Source: an uncultured Flavobacteriaceae bacterium
Lineage (GTDB): Bacteria; Bacteroidota; Bacteroidia; Flavobacteriales; Flavobacteriaceae
DNA length: 64,000 nucleotides
Reading direction: 5' to 3'
Assembly: GCA_943789465.1 (NCBI GenBank)
Contig: CALSUF010000002.1
Coordinates: 631,952 to 695,951, forward strand
Shown here: in pieces, positions 57,507 through 64,000 of the stretch
Layout of the letters: each line of letters starts with the position of its first letter
Position numbering within the stretch: position 1 is the stretch's first letter
Made by a program: the position numbers and the translations under genes
Notes under the pieces: model-generated
Seen by the model: only the letters and a program-made list of their open reading frames with translations
Told to the model about the DNA's origin: nothing
Database searches by the model: none

Positions 57507-57674
57507 ATGAAAGAACGTATTAAATACTGTAACCTATGTAATATAGATTTTTCTACCATGTATAGAGTACAATACAAAAACCCTAAAGAATGGGTATTTG
57601 TATGTGAACAATGTTTACTTCAGCTCAAAAAAAAGTACAGCGACTACAAGTACGGAGGTACTTGGAAGAAATAA
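57507..57674 (+). CDS. Small zinc-ribbon protein (55 aa), not in the ORF track
   Basis: MKERIKYCNLCNIDFSTMYRVQYKNPKEWVFVCEQCLLQLKKKYSDYKYGGTWKK: two CxxC pairs separated by 23 aa, with a clean ATG..TAA frame. Confidence 0.3.
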   Translation: MKERIKYCNLCNIDFSTMYRVQYKNPKEWVFVCEQCLLQLKKKYSDYKYGGTWKK

Positions 57675-57797
57675 AAAGAAGAAATAAAAGATTGAATTTA
57701 TACTAATTCAATAAATCCTTCCAAAAAACAATTGGATATCACCCCCTATCTTCTGCATTAAGACCACAACTCAAGGCAGTAAATTTCTTATTTAAAT

Positions 57798-59039
57798 TTA
57801 TTTATTTTTCCAAAACGATTTGACAAACAAACTCTTAATACTAAACCAGAAAGCCAAAATACCCGGCAGGTTTATTTTTGGAGACTTCCCTTTACCTATG
57901 CGCTGAATTTGAAGCTCATACCAAGGCAATTCTACTCCGCCAAGTTGATCTAAAAACTTAATACCAATTTTAGGAATTGGAGCTTCAAAGCGTTTTACAG
58001 ACCCCTCAAAAATTTGATTCGCTAAATTAGGATACAAACAAAATGGTCTTGCCAAACCAACAACATCCAAATGACCATCTTTCAAAGCGTTTTCCATGAC
58101 TGATACAGAACGAAAACCTCCTGTAAGTAATAAAGGCGTTTTGATCAACTTACGAGCTTTTTCAATGTAATCTAAAAAATAGGCTTCACGCGCTATGGTA
58201 CTTTTTTTACGATCTCCTTGAATCATTGCGGGCTTTTCATAAGTTCCACCAGAAATTTCAATCAAATCAATCCCTTCATTTCCTAGAAGACGAATCACCT
58301 CCATAGACGCTTCTTCTGTAAACCCACCTCGCTGAAAATCTGCTGAATTTATTTTAATTCCTATTGGATACTCCGCCCCTACTTGTCGGCGAATTTCACG
58401 ATAAACTTCTAAAACAAAACGAGCTCTATTTGAAAGAGAGCCCCCCCATTGATCCGTTCGAACGTTGCTATTAGGTGATAAAAACTGACTGACTAAATAG
58501 CCATGAGCGCCATGAATCTGACAACCTGTAAACCCCGCTTCTTTCAAAATTCTTGCAGTATTCCCATAGCGTTTTATGATGTCCCAAATAGCGGCTTCAG
58601 TCAATGCCGTTGGCACTTTAAACATTTTAGAGGCGCTACCCATTTTTAGTGGTATTGCAGAAGGTGCTACAGTTTCTCTATTAATAGCTGCAAAAGCCTG
58701 CCTTCCTGGATGGTTTATTTGTGGCCACAGATGGACTCCTGTACCTTCAACTGATTTTGCCCATTCTTTTAACAACTCAAAATCTTTATAGTCTTCAACA
58801 ACTACATTTCGTGCTTCACCCAATGCCCTTGCATCTACCATCACATTTCCTGTAATAAGCAATCCTGGATTTCCTTTCGCCCAAACCCGATATGCATGTA
58901 TCAAGCCTTGACTAGGAGCGTGATGTCGTGTTCCAAAATTTTCACTCATGGCAGACTTTGCTATTCTATTTTTCAAAACAGACCCGTTTGGTAATGTAAA
59001 AGGAGAAGCGATTTTATTCATTGCTGATTTTTTTTTCAA
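57798..59039 (-). CDS. NADH:flavin oxidoreductase, Old Yellow Enzyme family (TIM-barrel FMN enzyme)
   Basis: N-terminus FTLPNGSVLKNRIAKSAMSE (OYE signature F.l.....lkNRiv.a.M). ...HGAHGYLVSQFLSP (HGAHGYLl.qFls). 413 aa suggests the 2,4-dienoyl-CoA-reductase-like subgroup without an Fe-S domain. Confidence 0.8.
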   Translation of the reverse strand: MKKKSAMNKIASPFTLPNGSVLKNRIAKSAMSENFGTRHHAPSQGLIHAYRVWAKGNPGLLITGNVMVDARALGEARNVVVEDYKDFELLKEWAKSVEGTGVHLWPQINHPGRQAFAAINRETVAPSAIPLKMGSASKMFKVPTALTEAAIWDIIKRYGNTARILKEAGFTGCQIHGAHGYLVSQFLSPNSNVRTDQWGGSLSNRARFVLEVYREIRRQVGAEYPIGIKINSADFQRGGFTEEASMEVIRLLGNEGIDLIEISGGTYEKPAMIQGDRKKSTIAREAYFLDYIEKARKLIKTPLLLTGGFRSVSVMENALKDGHLDVVGLARPFCLYPNLANQIFEGSVKRFEAPIPKIGIKFLDQLGGVELPWYELQIQRIGKGKSPKINLPGILAFWFSIKSLFVKSFWKNK

Positions 59040-59237
59040 ATATATTTAAAACATCAAAAAAATGATTGAAAAAACATTTCTTTTTACAATCTATCTTAGC
59101 TCTTTGATATGATGCAGTTAATGTCAGTAATTTTAGTTTTTAATTGAATTTTGGTTAACATTAATTTACTTTTAAATTCACATCTCTACTTAAATAAAAA
59201 ATTATTCATTAATTTAGCGACTTCTATTTGACAGAAA

Positions 59238-59567
59238 ATGTATCTAAAAAATCAACTTGGTAAAAACATTGCAGCAGTATTGCTTTTATTAGCTTTAATA
59301 CTTCCGACTGCAATTCAGTTTAGCCATATGGTTGAAGGGCACGAAGACGTTACTTGTAACGACCAAAGCACTCATATACATAAATCTTCGAAAACTTGCG
59401 AAGTATGTGCGTTTCATCTCACATCTATCAGTTATGATCTTGCTACATATCCTGATTTATCGTTACTACAAATTTCTGTAAAGGTGAGTACAAACTACAC
59501 ACCACTACAGTTATACTTCTCTACACTAACCAACAAACAACTACGGGGTCCTCCAATTTTTTCTTAA
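59238..59567 (+). CDS. Hypothetical exported His/Cys-containing small protein upstream of the TonB receptor
   Basis: Signal/TM IAAVLLLLALILPTAIQF followed by HMVEGHEDVTCNDQSTHIHKSSKTCEVCAFH (possible metal ligands). Confidence 0.4.
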   Translation: MYLKNQLGKNIAAVLLLLALILPTAIQFSHMVEGHEDVTCNDQSTHIHKSSKTCEVCAFHLTSISYDLATYPDLSLLQISVKVSTNYTPLQLYFSTLTNKQLRGPPIFS

Positions 59568-59606
59568 TATTCGAACACATACGTTTAATATTAATTAAGA
59601 ATTTAT

Positions 59607-62007
59607 ATGCGCAACCTTGCATTTTTGGTACTGCTATTTAGCAGTATTACATCGTTGTCACAAAATTGTAACAACTCACTTTCAGGCACAGTAACAGATA
59701 TTCACGATGGGCAATTGCTTACCGGAGTAACTCTTATTGTGGCAGAAACTGATCAAGCTGTTCAGACTGATTTTGATGGAACATATTCGTTTTCAAACCT
59801 TTGTAATGCTACATATTACATACAGGTTTCACATCCATATTGTTTGACAAAGGGCTTTACGGTTAGAGTTTCTGGAGATACTAAAAAGTCCTTTAAATTG
59901 GAGCACCACATAGAAGAGCTCAATCAAATTACGATTGAAGGCAAAACTTACAGCGATAAATCCAAAACACTTTTTGAAAATAGTATAGATAAAAATGAGT
60001 TGGAACGTTTTAGTAGTGCTTCTTTGGGAGATGCCTTAAAAAGTTTGAGCGGTGTCTCTTCATTAAACACAGGGAATACTGTTGTAAAACCTATGATTAA
60101 TGGACTTCATAGCAGTCGCGTAGTGATTGTTAACAACGGAGTCCGTATGGAAGACCAAGAATGGGGTGCAGAACATGCTCCTAACATCGATATAAATTCC
60201 GTTAGCAACCTTACAGTGCTAAAAGGTGCTGGTGCACTTCAATACAGTGGAGATGCTGTAGGAGGCGTCATTATTGCAGAAACCTCCAAAGTTCCAGTAA
60301 AAGATAGTTTGTATGGTAAGAGTTTAATGACTGCAACAAGTAATGGACGTGGGGCAGCTTTGAGTTCAAAATTGACTAAAAGTTATAAAAATGGAATGTA
60401 TGCAACACTGCAAGGAACATTGAAACACTTTGGTGACTTTGAAGCACCTGACTATATCCTTAGTAATACAGGGATTTTTGAAAGAAGTGCTTCTTTACAA
60501 GTTGGTTTCAACCGTTTTGACTATGGAATTGAGGGGTATTATTCAATCTTTAAAAATGAGATTGGCATTTTAGCTGCTTCACATTTGGGCGGAGCGAGGG
60601 ATCAAATTAGAGCCATAAGTAGCGATGTGCCATTAATCATAAACGATTTTACATATACCATCAATGCACCAAGGCAAGATGTATCGCATCAATTGGCAAC
60701 TGTAAAAGGATTTAAACGGTTTGAAAACTTTGGGAAACTGAGTATCCAATATGATTTTCAAAGAAACAACCGGCTTGAGTTTGATATCAGACGAGGGGAT
60801 GACAAAAACAAAGCTGCATCTGATTTGCAATTAGACACGCACACCGTTTTACTGGACTTAGAATCTCATTTAACAGATGCTATTACTCTGAAATCTGGAA
60901 TTATGACCAGGTATCAAAAAAAACGTTGCCAACCCCAACACAGGTGTTAGAAGGTTGATTCCTGATTATCAAATGTATGACTTTGGAATGTATTTCGTAG
61001 CTGATTACCAATGGAATGAGCAACTGCTTCTGGAAGCTGGAGCTCGCTATGATCATTCTTACATGAATGTTTTTAAATTTTATAGAACTTCCTTTTGGGA
61101 ATCCCGTAATTATGACCAGACTTTTTCTGAAATTGTGGTTGAGGAATTAGAAAATCAAATTTTAACCAATCCGCAACTAAACTTCAATAACGGTTCGGCA
61201 ACACTAGGAGCCAACTACACTTTTGGTGAAGATTATAAATTATTTTTCAACTACTCCATTGCATCTCGAGCACCAAATTCCTCAGAACTTTTCAGTGAGG
61301 GCTTACACCATTCTGCTTCTCGAATCGAACTAGGAGATTTGAGTTTTAACTCTGAAATAGCACACAAAGTTGCATTGACATTTCAAAGGAAAAACGATCT
61401 ATTTAGTTTTAATGTAAATCCTTATATAAATACCATTACTGACTTTATAGTAAATGAGCCTGTAGATGTCCAGCAGACACTAAGAGGCAACTTTCAAGTA
61501 TGGGAATACCGCCAAACAAATGCTCAGTTATTGGGTGTAGATATAGATGCTAGCTTTGCTTTTGCTGAAAATTGTCGTTTAAACAGTCAATTCTCTTTGG
61601 TCAAAGGCTACGATCGAACTCTTAACCAACCATTAATTAGCATACCCCCTGCAAACATAAGCAATGAAATTGTCTATCAAAATTCTGAATTCAATAACAT
61701 TCGCCTGTCTTTACAAAGTGCCTATAATTTTAAACAAAATGACTATCCCGATACTAATTTTGAAGTGTTCACACCAGAAACTCAAACGTGGCAAATGGTG
61801 GATGTAAGCTCTACTCCGGAAGCTTACCACTTACTTAATTTTAATTCGAGTATAGACATTAATATCAACCAAAACTCAAAATTAACAGTAGGATTCAGTA
61901 TTACAAACCTAATGAATACTTCCTATCGAAACTACCTGAACCGTTTGCGCTATTATGCAGATGATTTGGGCAGAAACTTTTTATTTAATCTTAAAATCAA
62001 TTATTAA
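59607..62007 (+). pseudogene. TonB-dependent receptor (CarboxypepD_reg-like N-domain + plug + barrel) interrupted by a +1 frameshift in an A8 homopolymer (60916..60923)
   Basis: Track ORFs 59607..60950 and 60955..62007 are the N- and C-terminal parts of one TBDR (N-domain SGTVTDIHDGQLLTGVTLIVAETD, plug SSASLGDALKSLSGVS, terminal ...FNLKINY). Removing one A from aaaaaaaa gives the continuous reading ...MTRYQKNVANPNTGVRRLIPDYQMYDF. Confidence 0.7.
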
Positions 62008-62031
62008 AACAACAATTCAAAAACAAAAACA

Positions 62032-62589
62032 ATGAAAACAATGAAAACAATGAAATTTTTAACTGCAACAGTATTCGTGAGCTTATTATTTATCGGTTGT
62101 TCAGATGATGACGCACCTGAAGCTGTAAACGAAGAAGAAGTAATCACTACACTAACCGTAACTTTTGTACCAGAAGACGGGGGAACCGAGGTGATTTTAC
62201 AGACTCGTGACTTGGATGGAGACGGTCCTGATGCACCAGTTATTACTACTGGTAATTTAGCCGCTGGTGTTACATACGTCGGAAGCATTGTTCTGCTTAA
62301 TGAAACTGAGGAAGAACCTGAAAACATCACGGAAGAAGTAGAAGAAGAAAGCGATGAGCACCAATTTTTCTATACAACAACTGGAGGATTAGATGTTACA
62401 ACAACTTACAATAACTTTGATAATGCTGATAATCCATTAGGAACACAGTTTACATTGGTTGCAGGAGCCGTGAGTTCAGGTACCTTAACATTTACCTTAC
62501 GTCACGAGCCTACAAAACCGAATGAAGGTCTTGAAGATGCTGGTGGAGAAACGGACATTAGTGCCGAGTTTGAAGTATCAGTAGAGTAG
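62032..62589 (+). CDS. Acidic lipoprotein (185 aa) encoded 25 nt downstream of the TonB receptor, a putative receptor-associated accessory lipoprotein
   Basis: MKTMKTMKFLTATVFVSLLFIGCSDDD lipobox. Begins with three tandem 9-bp units atgaaaaca. Confidence 0.6.
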   Translation: MKTMKTMKFLTATVFVSLLFIGCSDDDAPEAVNEEEVITTLTVTFVPEDGGTEVILQTRDLDGDGPDAPVITTGNLAAGVTYVGSIVLLNETEEEPENITEEVEEESDEHQFFYTTTGGLDVTTTYNNFDNADNPLGTQFTLVAGAVSSGTLTFTLRHEPTKPNEGLEDAGGETDISAEFEVSVE

Positions 62590-62620
62590 ATTTGAATTAG
62601 TCACAATTCACTACACATTG

Positions 62621-62656
62621 AAAAACCTACCAAGCTTGCTTGCGTAGGTTTTTTTT
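62621..62656 (+). terminator. Bidirectional-type intrinsic terminator: A5, stem cctac/gtagg, loop caagcttgcttgc, T8
   Basis: aaaaacctaccaagcttgcttgcgtaggtttttttt. Third member of the conserved-loop terminator family. Confidence 0.6.
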
Positions 62657-62793
62657 AGTTCAAAATTATCCGCTATCATATTCTTATAAATAAAATTTTA
62701 TTCTTGCAGATTTTTTTGTTTATTGTTTCAAGACTTATTCCATCAAAATAGCAGTCCTTAACAACAAAAACAACCAAACATTTAAATACCAAA

Positions 62794-63405
62794 ATGAAGA
62801 TCATATCAATTTTACTTGGAATCCTACTCATCGCTTTTATCGTTGTTCAACTTTTTGCTTTAAAGAGCCAGAAAAATATTGAAACATATGCTTATAATGT
62901 TACTAAAACATATGACAACTTTGAAATACGCACCTATGAATCCACTTTATTTACGTCCGTTAAACTCTCCACCAAAAATTACAAAGAGTCCTCAAGTAAG
63001 GGGTTTTCTATTTTAGCAGGTTATATTTTTGGAGATAATGATCGGAATGAAAAAATTGCGATGACCTCTCCTGTAGCCATGTCTTTAGAAGATTCTATGA
63101 CCATGCTCTTTATGGTTCCAAAGAAATTTGACAAAGAAACACTTCCACAACCCAACCAGTCACAAATAGTATTTACGGAAGAACCTGCAAAAACAGTTGC
63201 TGCCATAACCTTTAAAGGTTGGGCAAATGATGAAAAAATTGAAACGTACAAACAACAATTAAAGTTGGCTTTAGACAAACAAGGAATTACGTATACAAAC
63301 CGTTTTTACTTTTTGGGATACAATGCTCCTTACGAATTTTTTTACCGAAAAAATGAAGTGATTGTGGAGTTGCCAAAGAAAATTGTTGATCTCCAAATAA
63401 ATTAG
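62794..63405 (+). CDS. SOUL/HBP-family heme-binding-like protein with N-terminal membrane anchor (tentative)
   Basis: The size and pattern NFEIRTYES...LAGYIFGDN...IAMTSPV...YFLGYNAPYEFFYRKNEV resemble the SOUL heme-binding protein fold (YE.R.Y...........F..L..Yi.G.N.....i.MT.PV......Y...p....RrNEv). Confidence 0.55.
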   Translation: MKIISILLGILLIAFIVVQLFALKSQKNIETYAYNVTKTYDNFEIRTYESTLFTSVKLSTKNYKESSSKGFSILAGYIFGDNDRNEKIAMTSPVAMSLEDSMTMLFMVPKKFDKETLPQPNQSQIVFTEEPAKTVAAITFKGWANDEKIETYKQQLKLALDKQGITYTNRFYFLGYNAPYEFFYRKNEVIVELPKKIVDLQIN

Positions 63406-63441
63406 ATTACAGATTATATTTATAAGTTTTGAATCTCGTAT

Positions 63442-63873
63442 TTAAAACTCAACATCTGGGATAGGGCTTCCGTGCGGATCTAGCTCACGTTGGCCTAACA
63501 TTTGTTTTACTTTTCTGAAAAATGGAGGGCTGTCTATATGCTCGATTTCTTCAGCAATTTCATGAACATTTTCAGGACCAAAACCCATAACCTCTACCAA
63601 AAATAATTCAATCAGGCGGTGTTTTGCTACAATACTGCGAGCCAGCTCACGCCCTTCAAAAGTCAGCTCTATAGCTTTGTAAGGCGCCGAATTCAATAAT
63701 CCCATAGCCACCAGTTTTTTAACCATATTTGAAACCGAAGATTTAGAAATACCAAATACCTCCGAAAGACCTGATACTGAGACTATTTGACCGTTGGCTT
63801 CCAATCGATAAATTTCCTTTAAATAATGTTCTTTTTCCTTGGTTTTTTTCATTAGTTTTGCAGTGGTGAACAA
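63442..63873 (-). CDS. Metal-dependent transcriptional regulator, DtxR/MntR family
   Basis: wHTH (HYLKEIYRLEANGQIVSVSGLSEVFGISKSSVSNMVKKL) and metal-site/dimerisation helix (HRLIELFLVEVMGFGPENVHEIAEEIEHIDS). Confidence 0.8.
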   Translation of the reverse strand: MFTTAKLMKKTKEKEHYLKEIYRLEANGQIVSVSGLSEVFGISKSSVSNMVKKLVAMGLLNSAPYKAIELTFEGRELARSIVAKHRLIELFLVEVMGFGPENVHEIAEEIEHIDSPPFFRKVKQMLGQRELDPHGSPIPDVEF

Positions 63874-63953
63874 TTATTCTTAATTTATATAAAATTACAA
63901 CTTTGAACTTGAAATATAATAGTATTTATATTCTTTTTTTTCTTCTTTCAAAA

Positions 63954-64000
63954 ATGACTTTGGCACAAACCATCAGCGGTGTTGTTAAAGACCAAGACGA
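63954..64000 (+). CDS. 5' end of an unidentified gene (MTLAQTISGVVKDQDD...), possibly another CarboxypepD_reg-type TonB receptor; partial
   Basis: ATG at 63954 with an open frame to the window end. ISGVVKD resembles the start of a carboxypeptidase-regulatory-like domain. Very little sequence. Confidence 0.2.
   Translation, partial: MTLAQTISGVVKDQD

Overview
This is an AT-rich (about one third GC) chromosomal segment that reads like a Flavobacteriia (Bacteroidota) genome. Many proteins have Sec signal peptides ending in ...AQ, and at least six carry C-terminal T9SS (Por) sorting domains. I found no rRNA, tRNA or CRISPR.

Contents, left to right:
- 1-7528: two giant secreted beta-helix/DUF5011 adhesin-like genes with extreme internal repeats (7 x 249-bp tandem units and a 2 x 1245-bp duplication).
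- 9305-15270: a tightly packed six-gene plus-strand operon. It holds two tail-fiber-like proteins with C-terminal peptidase-S74 intramolecular-chaperone domains, a T9SS cargo protein, a small peptide of about 67 aa, a PF14907-type nucleotidyltransferase and an HprK-related kinase.
- 15938-19830: two membrane-anchored one-component regulators and a truncated OmpA-like/TSP3 protein.
- 19827-29835: a UpxY-led capsule/EPS locus (flippase- and polymerase-like membrane proteins, GT4, epimerase, Wza, Wzc, WecA-like).
- 29929-34584: a minus-strand operon joining a zinc-ribbon membrane protein, a single-domain voltage-gated cation channel with a Ca-channel-like TGEDWTD filter, an SPFH/zinc-ribbon (YdjI-like) protein and a TPR lipoprotein.
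- 36844-49664: three paralogous collagen-like surface proteins sharing about 240-bp identical tracts, a small T9SS cargo protein, a 1682-aa DUF285/LRR T9SS protein, a Crp/Fnr regulator and a pseudogene remnant of a segmental duplication.
- 49992-53802: an ECF sigma / FecR / TonB-dependent transducer trio.
- 53929-57427: an acidic lipoprotein and a T9SS-secreted alpha/beta hydrolase.
- 57798-63873: an Old Yellow Enzyme and a putative metal/heme locus. The locus has a TonB receptor split by a frameshift in an A8 tract, a lipoprotein, a SOUL-like protein and a DtxR/MntR regulator.

Six copies of a conserved ~40-bp intergenic box, all in the same orientation, are scattered through the window. Three bidirectional terminators share an invariant loop (CCAAGCTTGCTTG) with covarying stems.

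All coordinates I derived by hand (not taken from the ORF track) may be off by 1-2 bp.
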